A DNA stretch of 27,768 bases, taken from NCBI GenBank assembly GCA_965369655.1, contig CBDUQR010000037.1, forward strand, positions 1 to 27,768, given 5' to 3'. Position 1 is the stretch's first letter. Every line of letters begins with the position of its first letter. A program made the position numbers and the translations under genes. This DNA is from an uncultured bacterium (GTDB taxonomy: Bacteria; Zixibacteria; MSB-5A5; JAABVY01; JAHJOQ01). The notes beneath the pieces were generated by a model. It made no database searches and was not told where the DNA came from. It worked only from the letters and a program-made list of their open reading frames with translations. Positions 9,863 through 17,189 of this stretch are shown here, one piece after another.

Positions 9863-9903
9863 TATTCTATGAAATCCAGAGTCGTCGTCACCTAAATTTG
9901 GAA

Positions 9904-9932
9904 TTGACAAACTGGATTGTGGCTATTAGATA
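9904..9932 (+). promoter_or_regulatory. Possible internal promoter upstream of fabD
   Basis: TTGACA-17 bp-TAGATA in the fabH-fabD gap. The -10 element is imperfect. Confidence 0.3.
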
Positions 9933-9957
9933 TGGCACAAACTGAGTGGCTCAGACT

Positions 9958-10896
9958 ATGATGAAAACGGCATACATATTCCCGGGTCAGGCATCCCAGT
10001 ACGTTGGGATGGCGTGCGACCTCTTTGACTCAAACGAAAACGTCAGGGATCTATATGCTTCAGCTTCGGCAATCCTCGGATTCGATCTCGCGGATGTCAG
10101 TTTCAACGGCCCTCTTGAAAAACTGACGAGGACGGAACATACGCAGCCGGCAGTGCTCGTGCACTCGCTTGCGGTTCTGACTCTGCTTGAGGATTGCGAC
10201 ATCAAACCCGACTACTGCGCCGGACATTCTCTCGGCGAATACTCGGCTCTTGCATGCGCAGGAAGTCTTTCGTTCGAGGATGCGATCTCCGCTGTTCGCG
10301 ACAGGAGCAGATTGATGAAGGCGGCATGTGACTCTACCGATGGCACGATGACCGCAGCTATCGGAGGGGATGCGGAGTCGATAGAGAGGCTAATTGCCGA
10401 CGCGGCTCCTTATGGAATACTCCAGCCCGCAAATTTCAACTCTCCCGGACAGATAGCGCTTTCCGGCGACAGGTCCGCAGTCGAGTTTGCGCAGGAGAAA
10501 TATAGAGATTTCGGTTTCAAGAGAATGCTTCCGCTCAAAGTTGGCGGAGCGTTCCATTCGCCGCTGATGCAGCATGCGGCCGATCGCATGGAAGCAGCAC
10601 TCTCCAGCCTGACATTTTTGCAGCCCAGGTGCCCTGTGGTAGCGAATGTGACGGCTGAGCCTGTCGCTGATCCTGATACACACAGGCGACTATTGGTTGA
10701 GCAGATCACTTCACCGGTGAAATGGACTCAGTCTGTACAGAAGATGTATGATCTCGGTGTGCGCAGGTTCGTAGAGATTGGACCGGGAAAGGTTTTGACC
10801 GGTCTCGTGAAAAAGGTCGTGTCTGACGTCGAGTTGACAAACATAGATAGCAAAGATGACGTAGAGCGCTATTTCGAAGTGCTGGAGACGGCATGA
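9958..10896 (+). CDS. fabD: Malonyl-CoA:ACP transacylase
   Basis: Motifs FPGQASQ, TQPA, GHSLGEY, GAFHS and EIGPG. The start is uncertain (9946, 9958 or 9961). Confidence 0.95.
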   Translation: MMKTAYIFPGQASQYVGMACDLFDSNENVRDLYASASAILGFDLADVSFNGPLEKLTRTEHTQPAVLVHSLAVLTLLEDCDIKPDYCAGHSLGEYSALACAGSLSFEDAISAVRDRSRLMKAACDSTDGTMTAAIGGDAESIERLIADAAPYGILQPANFNSPGQIALSGDRSAVEFAQEKYRDFGFKRMLPLKVGGAFHSPLMQHAADRMEAALSSLTFLQPRCPVVANVTAEPVADPDTHRRLLVEQITSPVKWTQSVQKMYDLGVRRFVEIGPGKVLTGLVKKVVSDVELTNIDSKDDVERYFEVLETA

Positions 10897-11633
10897 TTCT
10901 AAAAGACAAAGTCTGCCTGATTACCGGTTCCGCGAGGGGTATCGGCTATGCCATTGCCGAGGAGCTGGCTGCGAACGGCGCGAAAATCGTGCTTACAGAC
11001 GTTCTGGAGGATGTCCTGGATAAATCTGTCGAGAAACTTTCTTCGACAGGCGCCGAGGTGATCGGAATTCCGCTGGATGTATCGAATTCAGAGCAGGTCT
11101 CGGCGGCGGTCGACCGCGCAAAGGAATCATTCGGCAGTATTGATTTGCTCGTAAACAACGCGGGAGTGACGAAGGATACGCTTCTCGTGCGGATGAGTGA
11201 GGCGGACTGGGATTTTGTGTTGAGAGTTAATCTGAAGGGTGCGTTCCTCATGACTCAGGCTGTCGCTAAAGTTATGATGAAGCAGCGGAGCGGCAAGATC
11301 GTCAATATATCTTCCGTTGTCGGTCTTATGGGCAATGCCGGACAAGTCAACTACTCTTCATCGAAAGCCGGTCTGCTTGGACTGACGAAGTCGTGTGCTC
11401 GAGAGTTAGCTGGTCGGGGAATCTGCGTTAATGCGATCGCGCCCGGTTTCATCGAGACCGAAATGACAACCGTGCTCCCTGATGCCGCTCGTGCGGCGTT
11501 TCTCGAAAATATTCCCTTGAAGCGCGCCGGAACTCCGGCGGATATAGCGAAATCAGTTCTTTTCCTTGCGTCACCCTCGAGTGATTATATCACAGGACAG
11601 GTCCTCGGAGTGAACGGCGGATTGTATATGTAG
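10893..11633 (+). CDS. fabG: 3-oxoacyl-ACP reductase
   Basis: Motifs [17 protein letters not shown] and PGFIET. Confidence 0.96.
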   Translation: MILKDKVCLITGSARGIGYAIAEELAANGAKIVLTDVLEDVLDKSVEKLSSTGAEVIGIPLDVSNSEQVSAAVDRAKESFGSIDLLVNNAGVTKDTLLVRMSEADWDFVLRVNLKGAFLMTQAVAKVMMKQRSGKIVNISSVVGLMGNAGQVNYSSSKAGLLGLTKSCARELAGRGICVNAIAPGFIETEMTTVLPDAARAAFLENIPLKRAGTPADIAKSVLFLASPSSDYITGQVLGVNGGLYM

Positions 11634-11646
11634 AATACAGAAGGAA

Positions 11647-11695
11647 GTGGCATGGGCATCCTGCCCATGAATCACGGGCTGGAAGCCCGTGCCAC
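11647..11695. repeat. REP-like doublet (two inverted hairpins with GTGG/CCAC feet)
   Basis: GTGG-CATGGGC-ATCCT-GCCCATG-AAT-CACGGGC-TGGAA-GCCCGTG-CCAC. Confidence 0.7.
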
Positions 11696-11728
11696 CTCAC
11701 GGGATTATGTGATACAGGAGGTTTGCGA

Positions 11729-11965
11729 ATGTCGGTTGAAACCAAAGTCAAGGACATCATAGTCGAGCAACTCGGCGTCGATCCGGATCAGGTCACTCTC
11801 GAAGCATCCTTTGTGGATGATCTCGGAGCCGATTCTCTCGACACTGTCGAGTTGGTGATGGCGCTCGAAGAGGAATTCGGGATTGAGATTCCCGATGAGG
11901 ATGCTGAGAAGATTGCCACGGTCTCGTCTGCGATAGACTACATCGAGCAACACTCAGGCGAATAG
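11729..11965 (+). CDS. acpP: Acyl carrier protein
   Basis: Phosphopantetheine motif [23 protein letters not shown]. Confidence 0.97.
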   Translation: MSVETKVKDIIVEQLGVDPDQVTLEASFVDDLGADSLDTVELVMALEEEFGIEIPDEDAEKIATVSSAIDYIEQHSGE

Positions 11966-11974
11966 TAGTTCTCT

Positions 11975-13228
11975 ATGGCCGATAGAAGATGTGTGATCAC
12001 CGGGCTGGGAGTAGTCTCTCCGCTTGGCTCTACGATTGAGACTTTTTGGGATGGTTGTCTGTCAGGCAGGAGCGGCGTCTCCCGAATTTCCTGCTTCGAT
12101 CCCGAAGGATACTCCACTCAAATCGCCGCGCAGGTCGATGGATTCGTAGCGGAGGATATCTTCGACAAGAAGGTAATCCGTCGTACCGACATCGTTCAGC
12201 TTTACGCGCTGTATGCTGCAGAGATGGCTCTTGCAGACGCGAGTCTCGATCTTGACAAGTGTGATCTCGATCGCTGCGGGTGTGTCATCGGGTCCGGTAT
12301 CGGAGGAATTCGCACGTTTGAGAATCAGCATTCGGTGTTGATGGAGAAAGGGCACTCCAAGGTGTCTCCATTTTTCATCCCGATGATGATTACTGACATG
12401 TGTGCAGGCTCTATCGCCCTGAAGTACGGCCTCAAAGGGATGAACTACGCGACAGTCTCGGCCTGCTCATCGGCAGGACATGCGATGTGCAATTCATATA
12501 TTAGCATCCTGCGCGGTGAATCCGATCTGGTTGTGTCTGGCGGCTCGGAGTGTGCGCTGACGCCGCTCGCGCTGGCGGGATTCTGTTCGGCGAGAGCGCT
12601 GTCGACAAGGAACGACGCGCCGGAGAAGGCTTCGAGGCCGTTCGACGTAGACAGAGACGGTTTCGTGATAGGCGAAGGTTCCGCCGTAGTCATACTCGAA
12701 GAGTATGAGCATGCTCGCAGGAGAGGTGCGAGGATCTACGCGGAAATGTGCGGTATCGGTCAGTCATGTGATGCCTACCATGTTATGGCTCCCTCGCCTA
12801 ACGGAGAAGGCGCCGCGCGAGCAATGCTGGCAGCTCTCAAAGATGCAGGGATCGAGCCTGAGAGAGTCGACTACATAAACAGTCACGGGACAGCGACCGT
12901 ACTCGGCGACATTGCGGAAGTCGATGCGATCAAGAGCGTGTTCGGCGATTACGCATACAAGGTTCCAGTGAATTCCACGAAATCAATGACGGGCCATTTG
13001 CTCGGCGCTGCAGGGGCTGTCGAGTCGGCAGTCTGCGCCCTTTCAATCTACCACGGCGTCATCCACCAGACCATCAATCTGGATAATCCTGACCCTAAGT
13101 GTGATCTCGACTTCGTCTCTGACGGGAAGCGCGAGATCGACATCGAGTACGCTTTGTCGAACTCTTTCGGGTTCGGTGGGCACAATGTCTCGGTGCTTTT
13201 CAAGTCCCTGAAAGGCGAGGAAGTCTGA
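11975..13228 (+). CDS. fabF: 3-oxoacyl-ACP synthase II
   Basis: Motifs SACSS, SRPFD, HGTAT, STKSMTGHLLGA and NSFGFGG. Confidence 0.96.
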   Translation: MADRRCVITGLGVVSPLGSTIETFWDGCLSGRSGVSRISCFDPEGYSTQIAAQVDGFVAEDIFDKKVIRRTDIVQLYALYAAEMALADASLDLDKCDLDRCGCVIGSGIGGIRTFENQHSVLMEKGHSKVSPFFIPMMITDMCAGSIALKYGLKGMNYATVSACSSAGHAMCNSYISILRGESDLVVSGGSECALTPLALAGFCSARALSTRNDAPEKASRPFDVDRDGFVIGEGSAVVILEEYEHARRRGARIYAEMCGIGQSCDAYHVMAPSPNGEGAARAMLAALKDAGIEPERVDYINSHGTATVLGDIAEVDAIKSVFGDYAYKVPVNSTKSMTGHLLGAAGAVESAVCALSIYHGVIHQTINLDNPDPKCDLDFVSDGKREIDIEYALSNSFGFGGHNVSVLFKSLKGEEV

Positions 13229-13235
13229 AATAGCC

Positions 13236-14024
13236 ATGCCACGCTCCAGGCGCACATGGCTGCCGACAGCGCTGGCGAGGCTGTTTCGCGGCAAGAGTGA
13301 ATTCGTCAGACTCGAAAACAGGATAGGATATCACTTCAGGGACACTTCGATTCTGCGCGAGGCCCTCGCGCACAGATCCTATGTAAAAACTGCGACTGCA
13401 CCTGTCTCTCCGTCCTTTGAGAGGCTGGAATTCCTCGGAGATTCCATTCTGGGGATGCTGGTCGCCGAGGAACTCTTCATGCTATACCCGGACTACTCCG
13501 AAGGCAGACTCACGAAGCTGAAGGCGGCTCTGGTAAATGAAATGACGCTTGCGTCGATCGCAAAGAGTCTGGATATCGGCGAGTTCATAATGCTCTCAGA
13601 TGAAGAAGCGAAGGCGGGAGGCCGCGAACGCCCATCGATCACGTCCGACTGTTTCGAGGCTGTGCTCGCGGCAATCTATATGGACGGTGGAATCTGTGCG
13701 GCGCGGCATTTCGTCAAGCACAATGTAATCTCGAGGATATCTGAAGTTCGCAACGACAAGTCGATCAAGAACTACAAAGGTGACTTGCTCGAATTGACTC
13801 AGGGGGAAGCTGCCGGCACTCCCAGATACGATGTGGTGGAGGAGTCTGGTCCCGATCATAACAAGACATTCACGGTGACTGTACATGGATTCGGCGTCGA
13901 GCTCGCGGTGGGGAGGGGACACTCCAAGAAGGAAGCGGAGCAGGAAGCGGCTCGGAAAGCCCTGTCGGCAGCTTTCAGGTATGCAGGAAACGGTCGCTCG
14001 AAACCGACAGATCAGGAGGATTGA
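13236..14024 (+). CDS. rnc: Ribonuclease III
   Basis: ERLEFLGDS signature, DCFEAVLAAIYMD, and a C-terminal dsRBD (GPDH...SKKEAEQEAA). Confidence 0.96.
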   Translation: MPRSRRTWLPTALARLFRGKSEFVRLENRIGYHFRDTSILREALAHRSYVKTATAPVSPSFERLEFLGDSILGMLVAEELFMLYPDYSEGRLTKLKAALVNEMTLASIAKSLDIGEFIMLSDEEAKAGGRERPSITSDCFEAVLAAIYMDGGICAARHFVKHNVISRISEVRNDKSIKNYKGDLLELTQGEAAGTPRYDVVEESGPDHNKTFTVTVHGFGVELAVGRGHSKKEAEQEAARKALSAAFRYAGNGRSKPTDQED

Positions 14025-14809
14025 TGAATATCGTTGTTTGTGTCAAACAGGTTCCTGAAATCGCGCTTATCAATGTCGATGAGGCGGAGGGAAAAGTTGT
14101 ATTTCCACAGGGTCCGGGAGTGATAAATCCATTCGATTCGTATGCGCTCGAAGAGGCGCTGCGGATCAGAGAGAAGTCGGGAGGCAAAATCACGGCGGTT
14201 TCTGTCGGCGGCAAGGAGACCGAGGTTGCTCTCAAAGAAGCGCTTGCGCTTGGAGTAGATGAGGCAGTCTGTCTCGATGACCCGTCGTTCGAGAATTCCG
14301 ACGGCCAGGCTCTCGGGTATATACTGGCTAAGGGAATCGATAAGATCGGGGATTGCGAACTGGTTCTCTGCGGAAAACAGGCTATCGATTCTGATAACGC
14401 GATGGTCGGTCCGGCGGTCGCCGAGAATATTGGTGCGGCCCAGGCGATGTTTGTCAGGAAGGTCGAGAGCTACGACGATTCGTCGATCATCGTGCAGCGT
14501 ATGACCGAGGACGGCTACGACACATGCGAGCTTGCTCTTCCTGCGGTGCTGTCTGTTGTCAAGGAGATAAATGAACCGCGGCTGCCTTCGCTGAAAGGCA
14601 AGATGAAGGCTAAAAAGGCGCAGATACCGCACTGGTCAGCGGCTGATCTTGGTGTCGATACGTCGCGAGTCGGCGCATCTTCGCCAAGCAGCGTTGACAA
14701 GGCAAAGAATCCTCCCCCGAGGCCCGAAGGCGAAATGATTTCCGGCGAGACTCCTGAAGAAATCGCCGATAAGCTGTTCACCAAACTGCGCGAGAATCAG
14801 GTGATCTGA
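14024..14809 (+). CDS. etfB: Electron transfer flavoprotein subunit beta
   Basis: Motifs VCVKQVP, INPFD, ALEEAL, CGKQAID and INEPRLPSL. TGATG overlap with rnc. Confidence 0.95.
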   Translation: MNIVVCVKQVPEIALINVDEAEGKVVFPQGPGVINPFDSYALEEALRIREKSGGKITAVSVGGKETEVALKEALALGVDEAVCLDDPSFENSDGQALGYILAKGIDKIGDCELVLCGKQAIDSDNAMVGPAVAENIGAAQAMFVRKVESYDDSSIIVQRMTEDGYDTCELALPAVLSVVKEINEPRLPSLKGKMKAKKAQIPHWSAADLGVDTSRVGASSPSSVDKAKNPPPRPEGEMISGETPEEIADKLFTKLRENQVI

Positions 14810-14849
14810 AACAGTCAATTTTCCAGTTCGATTGAATTGCACAAGAAAC

Positions 14850-14876
14850 AGGGTGAGCCAATGCGCTCACCCTTTG
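14850..14876 (+). terminator. Probable terminator after etfB
   Basis: AGGGTGAGC-CAATGC-GCTCACCCT hairpin with a short T tail. Confidence 0.6.
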
Positions 14877-14877
14877 C

Positions 14878-14932
14878 TGTTGTGTCAGTCCACACTTGTG
14901 GTAAGCCACAAGCAAGACCTGACACAACATTG
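14878..14932. repeat. RAYT-associated palindrome, copy 1
   Basis: Outer stem TGTTGTGTCAG...CTGACACAACA with inner hairpin CTTGTGG/CCACAAG. It is a near-identical direct repeat of 15523-15573. Confidence 0.85.
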
Positions 14933-14983
14933 AAAGTCTTTATACCTGCTAACGGGATTGTGACCTGGCGATCTTTTTCTGTT

Positions 14984-15020
14984 CTGTCAGGTCTTGCGCC
15001 GAAGGCGTGTGACCTGACAG
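14984..15020. repeat. RAYT-associated palindrome, copy 2 (inverted, different inner hairpin)
   Basis: CTGTCAGGTC-TTGC-GCCGAAGGC-GTGT-GACCTGACAG. Confidence 0.8.
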
Positions 15021-15030
15021 CGGAACACAT

Positions 15031-15510
15031 TTACATCCAGCCTTTCCAAATCGGCAATGGTCCTATTGTGTCTGCGAGATAATCACTGGCACTCGACCAT
15101 TTCCAGTCTTCAGGACTTCTCGCAAGCCCGCTTTTGACCGGGTTGTTGTGGATATACTCCAGCTTCGTTTGGAGAACATCTTCTGAGTATATCACCACTC
15201 TGTCATAACGTGGTTGCCAGATACCTCCAGTGATCCCGAAATCATAAGCCACTTTCTGAGACGTGTATTTCTTGAAATCCCGCATTAAATTGGACAACCT
15301 CTTGCCATCTACTAAAAGTAGCAGATGCAAATGGCTTGGCATTAGAGCGTAGCCGACAATTCTGGCTTCATATTTCCTGCAACAAAACTCAAGTGATTGA
15401 GCTAAAGCAGAGAGGAAACCTGGCATGTCACCAAGCCTCTCCCAGTGCTTGAAGGTTGTGGTAATGAAAAAGCAGTCCCCGAATTCCTGTCCCTTTGGCC
15501 GCAATCCCAT
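15031..15510 (-). CDS. REP-associated tyrosine transposase (RAYT, Y1 HUH family)
   Basis: Motifs FFITT, LMPSHLH (HUH), FKKYT, IWQ, YIHNNPV (catalytic Tyr) and DWKWSS. It is flanked by palindromes. Confidence 0.92.
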   Translation of the reverse strand: MGLRPKGQEFGDCFFITTTFKHWERLGDMPGFLSALAQSLEFCCRKYEARIVGYALMPSHLHLLLLVDGKRLSNLMRDFKKYTSQKVAYDFGITGGIWQPRYDRVVIYSEDVLQTKLEYIHNNPVKSGLARSPEDWKWSSASDYLADTIGPLPIWKGWM

Positions 15511-15516
15511 GATGCT

Positions 15517-15545
15517 AACATAGTGTCAGGTCACACTTGTGGCAA
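15517..15545 (-). promoter_or_regulatory. Putative RAYT promoter embedded in palindrome copy 3
   Basis: Minus strand reads TTGCCA-17 bp-TATGTT-6 nt-ATG. Confidence 0.55.
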
Positions 15546-15573
15546 GCCACAAGCAAGACCTGACACAACATTG
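15523..15573. repeat. RAYT-associated palindrome, copy 3
   Basis: GTGTCAGGTC-ACAC-TTGTGGCAAGCCACAA-GCAA-GACCTGACAC-AACATTG. Confidence 0.85.
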
Positions 15574-15601
15574 TATCAGCAGCTTGTCGTGTGCGAATCG
15601 C

Positions 15602-16414
15602 CTACTCACATTCAGAACAGGGGACAGGTCCTCCCCTGAACTCATAGTTCACCAGTCCCACTATATCAAGAAGATCGATCTTGTCATCGCAGTTGATATC
15701 TCCCGCCTGAAATGGTTCCGGGGGCGGTCCGTTGAGATAGATGAATGCGATCAGGTAGACGATGTCATCGATATCGATCCCTCCGATGCCGTCGGCATTT
15801 CCACAAATCTCAGAGAGCTTGACTACCGATACCGAACAGGGATTCTGTGAGTAGTGCGGTGTATAACCGGAACCGATGTTTGGATCAGCCGGGGTATGCT
15901 TGAATGCTCCGGCAGGCGGAAACAGAATCGAATCAAGATGCACTGTGAACCGGCCCGGCAGAGCCTGCTGGTCCCTGACAGCGAGATATATATCGGCGAC
16001 CTTGGAAGATTCTCCGATGGGCAGCAGGTTCGTGGAGAACGCCAATGCACCGTATTGGAATGCGTTCATCGTGTCACTCGGCATACGTCTGATTGCCGCG
16101 CCTCGGATATCGCCAACTCCGGGGTCGATGATTATCGTGTCGACGACAACGTTTGAGTCGACCGCCGGAGTCCACTCCTCGCCGCTCGTCCTTATTCTGA
16201 ACCCAAGCTGCAACCCTCCGAGACTGTCGTCAGTGAAGTGACAGGCTTCAATTGTGAACACTGTGTCGGTTGGCGTGAGTACCCAGATCGACTCCACAGG
16301 CATCAATCTGCATGTGTCTCGGATCCCGGGATCGGAGGCTTGACTCTGGGCAGCACAGATCTGGAAGGATAGAACTATGATTGTAAGCAGGGATGTGTTT
16401 ACCCAATATGCCAT
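15602..16414 (-). CDS. Secreted protein with a C-terminal dockerin type I-like domain and a possible cohesin-like beta-sandwich
   Basis: Signal peptide, plus duplicated Ca-loop/helix motifs CGNADGIGGIDIDDIVYLIAFIY and GDINCDDKIDLLDIVGLVNY. Confidence 0.85.
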   Translation of the reverse strand: MAYWVNTSLLTIIVLSFQICAAQSQASDPGIRDTCRLMPVESIWVLTPTDTVFTIEACHFTDDSLGGLQLGFRIRTSGEEWTPAVDSNVVVDTIIIDPGVGDIRGAAIRRMPSDTMNAFQYGALAFSTNLLPIGESSKVADIYLAVRDQQALPGRFTVHLDSILFPPAGAFKHTPADPNIGSGYTPHYSQNPCSVSVVKLSEICGNADGIGGIDIDDIVYLIAFIYLNGPPPEPFQAGDINCDDKIDLLDIVGLVNYEFRGGPVPCSECE

Positions 16415-16719
16415 GTGATATCCCCGGTATGGGGCGGTTCAGTTGTGATCTCACCGTACAGGGCGAAAGATACTGATTCGCACGCGAGTCAGCAAGTTAA
16501 ACTCCGGATGGAGTGGGTGTTCGATTTGCGCCGAATCTGATGGCAGGACAGTTTCATTCCTCGGCATGATCGACATCCCAGCGCAGAAACTGCGCAGGTC
16601 GGAGCGCGTAATGAGACGACGGGCTATTCAGGGGAGAGGAACATCTGCATTCGGCAGTCTGTTAATTGCCATAGAGATATGATCACGCAGAGGATTCTGA
16701 TTGTTGATGAAGAAAAGAC

Positions 16720-16748
16720 TTGACAAATTCTGCGCCAGGAGTTAAATA
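16720..16748 (+). promoter_or_regulatory. Putative sigma70 promoter for the small protein/TPR-bEBP operon
   Basis: TTGACA-17 bp-TAAATA in an AT-richer patch. The -10 element is imperfect. Confidence 0.45.
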
Positions 16749-16832
16749 ACAAACGGAGAGGTTATATCTACGATCATAGCAACAAGTTAATCTGTGGCGC
16801 AAGCCGTTTCTAATAAGTAGGAGGCGATCGAT

Positions 16833-17189
16833 ATGAAGCCTGCCGGACTCATGAAGCTCATTCTCTTGAGTTTCGCTCTGGTTGCCTTTTGGCTCGCTTC
16901 TGCTCCGGGCTTTGAGCATCCCTGGGATGACGATGAGGTCGTTGCCAGCGATTCGGGCGATGTCTACCTTGATGATATCACCCCTGAGCCGGGAACAGAA
17001 GAAATCGATGTTATCGTGTTCTTTGTTTCTCCGCGGTATTCAAGGCCATTCGGTTTTGGCCTGTTTATCATAAAAACCGGTGGAGGAACGGATGTCAGGA
17101 AAGACACGATCAGCAGAACTTCGATTCAGAGGACCAAAAGGCCGAGATCTGATCTGCCCGTTGGCAGACTGATTAACAATATGAAATGA
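16833..17189 (+). CDS. Small exported protein / candidate signalling propeptide
   Basis: AGGAGG lies 8 nt before the ATG. A signal peptide is followed by FEHPWDDDE. ATGA overlap with the next gene. Confidence 0.75.
   Translation: MKPAGLMKLILLSFALVAFWLASAPGFEHPWDDDEVVASDSGDVYLDDITPEPGTEEIDVIVFFVSPRYSRPFGFGLFIIKTGGGTDVRKDTISRTSIQRTKRPRSDLPVGRLINNMK

Noticed and set aside
9933-9948. TGGCAC upstream of fabD as a sigma54 -24 box
   Set aside because: There is no TTGC at the -12 position.
14837-15082. Small ORFs sharing HTCGKPQARPDTTL (14837-15082 and 15445-15639)
   Set aside because: The shared peptide is just the translation of the DNA palindrome repeat.
14878-15573. Repeats as a CRISPR array
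   Set aside because: Spacing is irregular, orientation is mixed, and there are no cas genes. The RAYT explains them.
16541-16556. sigma54-like TGGCAGGACAGTTTCA
   Set aside because: It lacks the G of the -12 GC dinucleotide.
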